Below are positions 38,291-46,982 of a stretch of 64,000 nt of DNA, in pieces; positions within the stretch are counted from its first letter, which is position 1, and each line of letters starts with the position of its first letter. The stretch comes from a virus, in the IMG/VR virus record IMGVR_UViG_3300042731_011014, positions 64,001-128,000 of that record; one strand, written 5' to 3'. A program made the translations under genes and the position numbers. Below the pieces are notes generated by a model. The model did not search any database, had not been told where the DNA came from, and saw only the letters and a program-made list of their open reading frames with translations.

Positions 38291-40774
38291 TTAGTCATCC
38301 TTCGGTAACACTAATCCCCAAAAACAACCATCCTCATGTAAATCCGGATAAGTATACGAATCAACGTTTTTATCATCCATTAATCTTATTACGGATACAG
38401 CACCTCCTATTGATTCATATTTCCACGATGAAACAACAACAAAATCAGATATAAGTGTTGAAAAAGCAATCGCATGCCTGAAAACAGATTCACTACCAAC
38501 AAGGATCTCTCCGGAAGGTGGGTTATTATCCTTTCCCCCTCCACCCTGTTGCGACAACGAATAAGCTAGCCAATATTCCATATTCCCGCGATTAAGCATA
38601 TAAATACCACGGGTAGTCAATGCGAATAAAACATTACTCGCGGATGCAAGACCCTTTATTTCAACCGGCAGCTCAACCATCCTATCGATATTTTTATTTA
38701 TTGAATTCTGAGCTATTCTACCATATTGATAATCAAAAACATTCCTCCAGATTTTCCTACCTCTTGAAAACCAAAGCCATCCGCTCACATCCAGATGTAT
38801 ATTTCTGTATCCAATCTCATTATTATCATAATCACCTAGATCGTCTCCTATTACAGGATTCAATATCTGTGCCTCATTATCAATATACATAATAATTTCA
38901 GGACCAGGATCCTCGCCCATTGCAATCGTCCACATTTTTGAAACATCGGAACTATCAAAAATAGCTTCTACTGAATAAACATTATCTGAAGTAATCCTAA
39001 GAGATGGATCCACTCCAACAGAAGTATACACGCCTCCAGTATCATTTCTATTAGTTATCGTAATTCCCGAGTCTGCCTTATAGTGATTATCGCTCCTAAT
39101 TAGTGTAAATACATTTTGATCAGATGATTTAAAATCAATCGTTATTATTCCACCATTATCAGTTCCATTGTCACTTACTCCTACAACCAGCACCCCATTT
39201 AACATCTTAACCGATCTAACACTAAATTCACCTCTCCCTAGCGCCTTGTAATTTGATAGATCATCAAACATAAATCGCATCCAAACAACAAAATTAGCCG
39301 ATGTTCCATCATAATTATCCAAGTCAAAAATTACCAATTCCTTACTGGCTACCACAATTAAAACCTTGTCTGGAAAAGATGGATCAGGACTCCTATAATC
39401 ACTAGATACTTCGGTTCTCCAAGGCGCCTCAATAGGTCCGGGATCCTGGCTGCCATCAGTATATTTATAGCCAATTTTTGAATAACCGGAAAAATTATTT
39501 TCTGTAGGTCTATCCCATGGCTCATTTGTAGTGTCATAAAAAAAAGCTACATTCGGCTTAACCGAATCTAAAAAATGAGCATGACCATGAATATCACTCG
39601 TCGATCTATTCACATTTGTCTCAAGTCCCAGTATTCTTCTTTCATTGTCTTCAAAAGCAGTAATATTTTGTCTATTTTTTAGGTCATTTTGTTCAAAACA
39701 CGCCCCTCTTGTATATTGAGGGAAAGTATATTTTACTCTATCTCCAGCATTATCAATCTTATGGAAATCATACATTTTAGCTGGTTTTTTGTAAGTATTA
39801 TTATCCGATCTTGATAGATTGGAAACTTTACCAGGAACAACTACTCCAACACCAATGTTATTATCATAATAATTTTTTCTTGATCCAAACTCACCAATCT
39901 TAAAATCATCTTCGATATTCCCATCCTTGAAAATATGCTTCATGCCAACTTTTATGCCTGGATATGAAAAACCATGATATTTTTCCCTAACACCAGCACT
40001 AACCATCCCTATGCCATCCTCTAAGATAGATTTATTATCTTTTTCTAATATCTCTGTCGGATCATCTAAAATAGATTCATATGCATCTAATACATCTGAG
40101 TTGCTAAACGTTTCATTTGTTATTCTAACACCGTAAATAATCGTATTGCTGTTATTGCCAATATTAAGTCTTTGAGTATTTCCACTTGTAGCCTTCTCTG
40201 CTGCTGTGCCTGAAATGGTATCCTTCAGATCGCCATTAATGTACATTTTCATCTCATCGCCATCTGAATTAACAGTTAAGGTAAGATAAACAATCTCGTC
40301 AACAACAGCAGTTGCATTTGGAAAACTATAATAATAATCTGTTCCTGCTCCATGCTCTATATAAGTACTATGAGTAGATCCGCTTATGCGGCCAAGACTA
40401 TATAAACAATTTGTCTCAGGTGATTCACCTAGACCAATGCATTCAATCTCATTTACGGCATTTAAAACCGCCTTAGCAATACACTCAATTGTTAACGATG
40501 CATCGCCACCACCTCCAGATTCCTTTGCAACTCTTAAGGCCTCAACATCAGGAGCCTCAAGTTTTCCGGTCGGTATTCTCATACCAATAAGGCCACTGTA
40601 AAGATCATCTTCATAGACTAAGCCGGATCCAACAATAATAAGATCTCTGCCTTGACCAGTCCTATCAAGTAATGATGAACTTGAGCTATCAAATCGATAT
40701 ACACACAGTGGAGGATTTGTAACCCCAACCGGATTGTTGATACCTAAATATTCACCGATTATCTTTATAGACAT
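38291..40774 (-). CDS. Virion protein with N-terminal LamG domain plus probable beta-propeller
   Basis: SLTIECI...YLTLTVN..EMKMYINGDLK...LNIGNN..IYGVRITN. Confidence 0.7.
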   Translation of the reverse strand: MSIKIIGEYLGINNPVGVTNPPLCVYRFDSSSSSLLDRTGQGRDLIIVGSGLVYEDDLYSGLIGMRIPTGKLEAPDVEALRVAKESGGGGDASLTIECIAKAVLNAVNEIECIGLGESPETNCLYSLGRISGSTHSTYIEHGAGTDYYYSFPNATAVVDEIVYLTLTVNSDGDEMKMYINGDLKDTISGTAAEKATSGNTQRLNIGNNSNTIIYGVRITNETFSNSDVLDAYESILDDPTEILEKDNKSILEDGIGMVSAGVREKYHGFSYPGIKVGMKHIFKDGNIEDDFKIGEFGSRKNYYDNNIGVGVVVPGKVSNLSRSDNNTYKKPAKMYDFHKIDNAGDRVKYTFPQYTRGACFEQNDLKNRQNITAFEDNERRILGLETNVNRSTSDIHGHAHFLDSVKPNVAFFYDTTNEPWDRPTENNFSGYSKIGYKYTDGSQDPGPIEAPWRTEVSSDYRSPDPSFPDKVLIVVASKELVIFDLDNYDGTSANFVVWMRFMFDDLSNYKALGRGEFSVRSVKMLNGVLVVGVSDNGTDNGGIITIDFKSSDQNVFTLIRSDNHYKADSGITITNRNDTGGVYTSVGVDPSLRITSDNVYSVEAIFDSSDVSKMWTIAMGEDPGPEIIMYIDNEAQILNPVIGDDLGDYDNNEIGYRNIHLDVSGWLWFSRGRKIWRNVFDYQYGRIAQNSINKNIDRMVELPVEIKGLASASNVLFALTTRGIYMLNRGNMEYWLAYSLSQQGGGGKDNNPPSGEILVGSESVFRHAIAFSTLISDFVVVSSWKYESIGGAVSVIRLMDDKNVDSYTYPDLHEDGCFWGLVLPKDD

Positions 40775-40776
40775 TC

Positions 40777-41016
40777 TTACTCTGTTTTCTCACGTGTACC
40801 ATCTGAAAAAACCACCTCCCTGACACCTTCTTCAAATGATACAATCCTAATCGCTCTTCTTAGTTGTTTTTTATATTTTAATGAGGCCTCAACAATCTCA
40901 ACAGAAATATCATTATCATGCTCTCTAAAAAACCTTATTGCTTCTTCTCTGGTTTCAAATGGGCCATCCAGAGATATATTATTATTTTTTAATTTATGCT
41001 CAATCCAAAATGGCAT
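40777..41016 (-). CDS. Hypothetical protein
   Basis: 79-aa ORF with GGAG RBS; GPFETREEA motif. Confidence 0.6.
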   Translation of the reverse strand: MPFWIEHKLKNNNISLDGPFETREEAIRFFREHDNDISVEIVEASLKYKKQLRRAIRIVSFEEGVREVVFSDGTREKTE

Positions 41017-41025
41017 AACCTCTCC

Positions 41026-41706
41026 TTATACATTAAGTAATCTAAATTGATATTCTATAAATAATACCTGATGTTCAGTTTTTGTTATAGTAACAGGTAT
41101 TCCATTTTCATCCTTTAATCTCACCCTGCCAACCCTCTCTATAGGCGCTTGCCAGCTAGGATTCATAGATCCAGTTTGACCAGATAACCCATAAATACCA
41201 AGGCTTCTAATATTACTAGAAATACCTTGGCTTGGTAAATACATCCACGCATTCTTAAAAATTACTTCTTCTCTTGTGTTAAATGCTTCTATGGAAAAAT
41301 CATACATTTGATCTACAATAAACCTCTTTGCACCCCCGTTGACATCATCACCATTAACAGTTTCACTAGTATCATTAATATTTCTTCCCCCCTCATCTAT
41401 TAAATTTTCTGTATATGAATCAGTATCAGAATCAGTAGTTAGCAAACAAATAAATGCTAAAGTAGAATATGCATCTACTCCTTGCGTTATCCAAGTCCAG
41501 GAAAATCTAGAAGGACCAATATTAAATACTTGTTGAAGTAAAAAAGCAGCTTTTCCGTCAAAAATCCTATTGCTACAATCTAATTGAGTTTCCAATTCTA
41601 ACCCAGAAACCAATTCTTTAAGTGTTCCATTTTTTTGTGCACTAATAAAATCGCTATCTTTGAGGTCTCCGGAATTTAGCAATCTAATCTTAAAAAAACC
41701 ATTCAT
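41026..41706 (-). CDS. Tandem paralog 4 of 4, fibre-anchor-like fold
   Basis: MNGFF.IRLL...NRIFD...YLPSQ.ISSNIRSLGIY...RVGRVRLKD..G..VTITKT..QVL.IEYQF. Confidence 0.75.
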   Translation of the reverse strand: MNGFFKIRLLNSGDLKDSDFISAQKNGTLKELVSGLELETQLDCSNRIFDGKAAFLLQQVFNIGPSRFSWTWITQGVDAYSTLAFICLLTTDSDTDSYTENLIDEGGRNINDTSETVNGDDVNGGAKRFIVDQMYDFSIEAFNTREEVIFKNAWMYLPSQGISSNIRSLGIYGLSGQTGSMNPSWQAPIERVGRVRLKDENGIPVTITKTEHQVLFIEYQFRLLNV

Positions 41707-41708
41707 CT

Positions 41709-42374
41709 TTACATACTCACAATGCTAAAAACATATTCAACTAGCATTACTTGATCTATCGTCTTTTCGATAGTAACAGGAATACCTGCCCCGTCCTTGA
41801 TTCTTATTCTACCTATTCTAGCAACATAACTCCCCCAATACCCTCCAGTAGCTAAATCAGCTTGTTTAGCCCAAAAGATACCGATACTTCTTATCTCATC
41901 AGAGACACACTGCGTTGGTAAATACAGAAAATTATTTTTAAATACAATTTCATCTCGATCCTCTTCAATCCAAAGATCGTATTTATCCAACTCATCAATT
42001 ATAAATCTTTTTCCCGCGGAAGACGTATTAGCAGAATCCTGAACAATATGAATTGTTGTTTCGGCAGCACCCCACCAATTTTCTGTATAATAAGGCTCAT
42101 TATCTGTTTTCAACATACAGATAAAACCTAACGGTGCAGCGGTAACATACTCAACATCATCATAAGGACCACGCGGTAACCCAAAAAGAAGATCAAGTAA
42201 AATACCTGACGCATTATCAAAAATCCTATTTCTACCACTGAATTCATTATCAATACTCAGACTGTTTATAAGTAAATCTAATTCACCACACCTCTTTGCC
42301 TCTAAAAAATCCCTGTCATTATAGTTCTTGCAATTTAGCAATCTGATATCAAAAAAACCATTCATATTAGACAC
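41709..42374 (-). CDS. Tandem paralog 3 of 4
   Basis: Same motif series as 41026-41706. Confidence 0.75.
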   Translation of the reverse strand: MSNMNGFFDIRLLNCKNYNDRDFLEAKRCGELDLLINSLSIDNEFSGRNRIFDNASGILLDLLFGLPRGPYDDVEYVTAAPLGFICMLKTDNEPYYTENWWGAAETTIHIVQDSANTSSAGKRFIIDELDKYDLWIEEDRDEIVFKNNFLYLPTQCVSDEIRSIGIFWAKQADLATGGYWGSYVARIGRIRIKDGAGIPVTIEKTIDQVMLVEYVFSIVSM

Positions 42375-43020
42375 TTATAAGCTTAAACGTATAATCAAAA
42401 AGTAAAACTTCTTCTGCATTTTTCGTTAATTCAACATTGTTTCCATTAAGATCCTTTATTCTTACCCTGCCTACCCTTCCATTCGTCAAAACAGATCCAA
42501 GATCATTACTAGATCGCCGTCTCCAATAAATTCCAACACTTCTTATATCATCAGATATAGCTTCTGAAGGAAGGTATAAGTATCTACTTAAATAATAAAC
42601 CTCATCCCTAGTTGCATTTCTCTCAATAGAACTAGAGAATGCATCAATATAAAAAGACTTTAATGCAGTACTAGAAACTATATTACTTATTAAATTCGCC
42701 ACACCGGTCCATGACCAATCCTCAATATATGAATCAGTATTACTATCAATATCTAATAATGCCAAAAAAGTTAGCGGTGCAGCACGATCTACACCCGTTT
42801 GGTACAGATAATATGGATCCGTGCAATCTGGTAATCCAAATAACCTATCCAATATCATAGCAGCTACATTATCAAAAATCCTATTACTGCATCTTGCCTC
42901 TTGTTTTAACTCCAACTTATCAAGAATATTATTTATACTGCCATCTTTTATTGCAGATTTAAAAAAATCATCACCGGCACCATTAGAACTAAATTTTTTT
43001 ATATTAAAAAAACCATTCAT
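42367..43020 (-). CDS. Tandem paralog 2 of 4
   Basis: Same motif series. Confidence 0.75.
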   Translation of the reverse strand: MNGFFNIKKFSSNGAGDDFFKSAIKDGSINNILDKLELKQEARCSNRIFDNVAAMILDRLFGLPDCTDPYYLYQTGVDRAAPLTFLALLDIDSNTDSYIEDWSWTGVANLISNIVSSTALKSFYIDAFSSSIERNATRDEVYYLSRYLYLPSEAISDDIRSVGIYWRRRSSNDLGSVLTNGRVGRVRIKDLNGNNVELTKNAEEVLLFDYTFKLISV

Positions 43021-43028
43021 ATTTCTAC

Positions 43029-43685
43029 CTAACCGCTTGACATTGTAAATTGATATTCAATTAATAAAACATCTCTATCGCTTTTTGTCATTGTCACTAA
43101 ATTACCTTCTGCATCCTTTAATCTTATTCTGGCAACTCTCAAAACATACCAGTTCCACCCAGAATTATATAAAGTAGCACCAATAACTAAGCTATTTATA
43201 TTGCTTGATATAATTTCAGATGGCATAAATAAAACTCTACTGGTAAAAATTATTTTATCCGCATCACCATGCACCAATATCGACGATTCAACAGCGCCAT
43301 CTATTAGAAATATACTCCCATTATCATTATCAACTGATCCACTTATATCGCTAACATATTCCCTACTTCTACTATCGATACTATTATTGCTAGTCTCGGT
43401 GTATGAATCAGTATCAGTATCAATACTACTGATATTTAAAAAATCTAATGAATAGAATGTACTAAAACCTAGAGGAAAATCACTCCATAAACTCGGTGCC
43501 CCAAAGAGCTTGTTAAGCATTCTTGCAGGTATTGAATCAAACACTCTATTACATCCATTATACCTACCTTTTAAACTTAATTTTTTACATAATTCATCTA
43601 CACCATGATACTTAATGTACTCAACTACATCATAATCATTCATTCCACAAGAATCTAATAATCTAACATCAAAATATCCATTCAT
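43029..43685 (-). CDS. Tandem paralog 1 of 4
   Basis: Same motif series, most divergent. Confidence 0.75.
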   Translation of the reverse strand: MNGYFDVRLLDSCGMNDYDVVEYIKYHGVDELCKKLSLKGRYNGCNRVFDSIPARMLNKLFGAPSLWSDFPLGFSTFYSLDFLNISSIDTDTDSYTETSNNSIDSRSREYVSDISGSVDNDNGSIFLIDGAVESSILVHGDADKIIFTSRVLFMPSEIISSNINSLVIGATLYNSGWNWYVLRVARIRLKDAEGNLVTMTKSDRDVLLIEYQFTMSSG

Positions 43686-43688
43686 TAC

Positions 43689-46040
43689 TTACGCCCATCC
43701 GCCGGGAACATTACCGGTCAAGTTTATCCTATACATAATTACCAACGCCTCATCAGGTGGTTTGGTAATTACCTGAGTTATACCAACTTTAGATCCGCCC
43801 CCGGTTGGTAACCCTAATTTAGCATTTGAAGTTGACCCATTAGCAACTGTGTCTAAATCAAGATCGCTCCTATCACCTGCTACTGTCGCCCTTATCAATA
43901 AAAAACCAAAATCTGTTCTTATAGCCTCAATTCTGTACCCTCTAAAAGCCTGATTCAATGAATCCACAATATCACTCATGCTAAATGTTTGTAGCATATT
44001 TGGTATTTCAAATATTCTGTAAGTCGGAACACCATCCGTCGCCATCCTTAAAACTTCATCAGTAAACGTAACACCAGGCATTGCCTCAAAAGCCATTAAT
44101 GACGCTATTTTTACACCATGCGATGAATCATTCGCCAGCATGTTCGTTAATCTAACACCAAGACATTGAATTGCATTAAAAACAAACTCAAGTCCATATG
44201 CGCCATTATCATAAATTGTAGATGCCTGTGAAGTATGATCAGGATCAGACACATCAAACCAGCTATTATCATCACCAGGTTTTTCAGTGCCAGCCGGAAC
44301 CCCGCCTGGATTATCAGTAAGTACTTGAATCTTAAAACTATTAGGACAATACATCTTGTTTTGACCAGCAGGGAATACTATCCTGATCCCTACCAAATCT
44401 TTCGCAGCCCCCCAAACCCTACCGCACATATGAGGTCCCGAATTATCTTCACTAGCGAAATATTCACCATGAATTACTGCGCCCGGTTCATCAGGATCGT
44501 CAGCAGCATCCACTCTGCCTTCATTTTCAACACGCCCATCAAACATTTTCGACGCATTGTAAACCGTAAAAACCCCATCACCAGTTGTCATAAAATTTTC
44601 TGTAACTGTAGAATTTGGTGTCTCAAAAACTTTTACTATGTGCTTATCAATAACATCCTCAATCGTATAATCCCTATTATTATTACCATCGGACGAGTTA
44701 CTAATTCTTAACGTTTTTCTTACATGAAAATCCCTATCAAACCCGTGAGTTAATGGTAATGCAGCTACAGCATTTGAACGTTTAAATGTTATCTCTCTTG
44801 TGGTTGCATTAATCGAGTCGGATGCATCCCCGACAATGTCAGATTCAACCTGCTCCTCGGTTAGCATGGAATTGGATATATACCCATCAGATGAAACAAC
44901 AGTAACTAGGTCAGGGTATGTATATTCAATAAGATCGATACCCTGAGACTGGGCCTCATGTTTATAAATTCTATCGCATATGCCTTGGAAAGTTGGAGAT
45001 AACCCAATAATTGATCTAACACCAATTTGATTATCCACTTCACCATCACCGCAAGCTACTCCGTAAGCTAAACCAACTGATTTAATAGGAAAATTATCAA
45101 GATATTTATTATCTCCGGCTTCGGATGCAACACCTCCAGACATACCTGATACAGAAAATCCTCCGTCTGATACATTTTCAGTTATCGCTTTAACATGAAC
45201 AGTTCCGCCTATATCATGATCAAGATCCACCTGTGCTGTTCCTCCTGATGAAGCAGTTATCCTTAAGCTATTATTCTGTCCATTAATTTCTGTGATAATA
45301 GCATCTCTAACGTCATCAGCATCAGAAGCTCCAGAAATATCCACTGGCACCCTTCCGGCAGTCCAGCTCCCATCTGTATCGAATTCAAAAATAACAGGAT
45401 CATTGATACCATCATCAATTGTAAAATAATCAGCATCAGTAAGTGATCCTGGAGCAACGGTCGTTATGGAGCCAACAGCATTTGAATAAACAAGTGTAGG
45501 CTGAGCATAAAACACAAACTCGGCTTCACCATACGGATCTGTACTCCTATAAGATACAGATACAGTCCGGAATACTCCGCTCGTATCACTTATAAGAACA
45601 CTCCTTCTACCTTCACCCGGTGTCGTAATATCAGCAGATATTTTATCATCATACTGACTATCAGACTCATTAAACTCAACCTTTTCATCGCCATTTTTAC
45701 CATCAGTTGATGGACTGTCAGTTGCCACAAAAAACGCTTGAAATGGGTTTCTTTCTGGCTCATATGTTATATCGGAAGGAACAAAAGGGCCACCAGAATG
45801 ACCGGATAGGCACTCATGCATCATTCTTGAAAGTCCGCGCTTAGTAAACTTGTTTTTGAACGCCCTAGAATAAACTATCCGATCTTTTTCTTTTGGTTCA
45901 AAACTTCCGTCAGGTGTTTCCTGCATAAAATCAGAAAAATTAACCCTACCACCATCGCCTGTACCTTTTATCCCTTTTATGTTAACACCAACAAACTTAA
46001 AACAGCCGGATGTTCCAATAGTTCCTCTACCCTTTATCAT
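43689..46040 (-). CDS. Large fibre-anchor-like virion protein with inserted domains (discoidin-like included)
   Basis: KNKFTKRGL, FPIKSVGLA and ITKPPDEALVIMYRINL frame the same fold as the small paralogs; F5/8-like CPNSFKIQV segment. Confidence 0.6.
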   Translation of the reverse strand: MIKGRGTIGTSGCFKFVGVNIKGIKGTGDGGRVNFSDFMQETPDGSFEPKEKDRIVYSRAFKNKFTKRGLSRMMHECLSGHSGGPFVPSDITYEPERNPFQAFFVATDSPSTDGKNGDEKVEFNESDSQYDDKISADITTPGEGRRSVLISDTSGVFRTVSVSYRSTDPYGEAEFVFYAQPTLVYSNAVGSITTVAPGSLTDADYFTIDDGINDPVIFEFDTDGSWTAGRVPVDISGASDADDVRDAIITEINGQNNSLRITASSGGTAQVDLDHDIGGTVHVKAITENVSDGGFSVSGMSGGVASEAGDNKYLDNFPIKSVGLAYGVACGDGEVDNQIGVRSIIGLSPTFQGICDRIYKHEAQSQGIDLIEYTYPDLVTVVSSDGYISNSMLTEEQVESDIVGDASDSINATTREITFKRSNAVAALPLTHGFDRDFHVRKTLRISNSSDGNNNRDYTIEDVIDKHIVKVFETPNSTVTENFMTTGDGVFTVYNASKMFDGRVENEGRVDAADDPDEPGAVIHGEYFASEDNSGPHMCGRVWGAAKDLVGIRIVFPAGQNKMYCPNSFKIQVLTDNPGGVPAGTEKPGDDNSWFDVSDPDHTSQASTIYDNGAYGLEFVFNAIQCLGVRLTNMLANDSSHGVKIASLMAFEAMPGVTFTDEVLRMATDGVPTYRIFEIPNMLQTFSMSDIVDSLNQAFRGYRIEAIRTDFGFLLIRATVAGDRSDLDLDTVANGSTSNAKLGLPTGGGSKVGITQVITKPPDEALVIMYRINLTGNVPGGWA

Positions 46041-46054
46041 TGATAGCTCCTAGT

Positions 46055-46540
46055 TTATATTTCCCCGATTTCTTCACCGGTTACCCATGGTTCATCTTCA
46101 ATGTACTCCGTACCATTCCACCACATTTCCGTAACCTCAACATTAAAACCATAGATATTAGCTAATGTCACAAAAGACTGTAACGTCCCTTTTATTGTAT
46201 TAAACTTTGTTGCAACCCTTATAGCAAGTCTTCTATATTCAATAGGGTTGTAATCATCTATATCAACACCAAACGAATCCGCAAGGTGTCTTATTAAATC
46301 TTCCCTGACCTTATCAGGGTTCATGAGTGATCCATATTCATCAACAAGAAATTTTAACTCATTAAAAGATGGAGTCATTCCCTTAATCATTTTCATAAGA
46401 TAATAACCATTTTTTAAGTCCTCCTCTTTCTGCTCCTCAGGTAGCGATTCATAGAGAACTATAAACGCCCAATCTTCATGACCAAATGGGCGATGGCCAA
46501 ATGGCTGATGGCCAAATCCATGCGAAACAGGTGACGCCAT
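46055..46540 (-). CDS. Baseplate wedge protein, P2 gpI-like (N-terminal part only)
   Basis: LIRHLADSFGVDID...RRLAIR.A..FN.IKGT.QS...L...YGFNVEVTEMW. Confidence 0.75.
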   Translation of the reverse strand: MASPVSHGFGHQPFGHRPFGHEDWAFIVLYESLPEEQKEEDLKNGYYLMKMIKGMTPSFNELKFLVDEYGSLMNPDKVREDLIRHLADSFGVDIDDYNPIEYRRLAIRVATKFNTIKGTLQSFVTLANIYGFNVEVTEMWWNGTEYIEDEPWVTGEEIGEI

Positions 46541-46542
46541 TA

Positions 46543-46971
46543 TTACGATCCTGCTACTATCTGATTTGTTCTCAGATAAACATTGTTGGCCTTCCTAAAC
46601 CCTATCCAGAATTTATTTTGGTCACTCCCTACCGAAGTAGCCTTAGCCGCTGTTAGCGTTTTTACACCAGTTATTGGTCTAGATAATTCAACATAAACAA
46701 CATCACCTCCGGTTATAACTATTCCACTGGCTGATATGGTTCTAGTTGCACCATTAAGCAGATTTACAATTACAATATCCTCACTCCACTCAAACATGTC
46801 TGTAGCAATTGTAAGCGAAAATGTGCCACCTCCAGTCACAACTAAGTGATTATCCTCTCGCAGTGCATAGATAGAGGTATCAATAGCATTCACAAAATTT
46901 GCAAAAATCTCATACCATGGATCTTGATATTCCGATGGATATGAATATCCCATTCTCGACGTAGATGGCAT
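46543..46971 (-). CDS. Small baseplate-associated protein
   Basis: 142-aa ORF between J and gpI; YPSEYQDPWY motif. Confidence 0.6.
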   Translation of the reverse strand: MPSTSRMGYSYPSEYQDPWYEIFANFVNAIDTSIYALREDNHLVVTGGGTFSLTIATDMFEWSEDIVIVNLLNGATRTISASGIVITGGDVVYVELSRPITGVKTLTAAKATSVGSDQNKFWIGFRKANNVYLRTNQIVAGS

Positions 46972-46982
46972 TAATATCTCCT

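Noticed and set aside
10229-43685. Diversity-generating retroelement acting on fibre C-termini
   Set aside because: No reverse transcriptase, and no near-identical repeat pair differing only at adenines was noticed; paralogs are diverged throughout. An exhaustive self-alignment was not possible.
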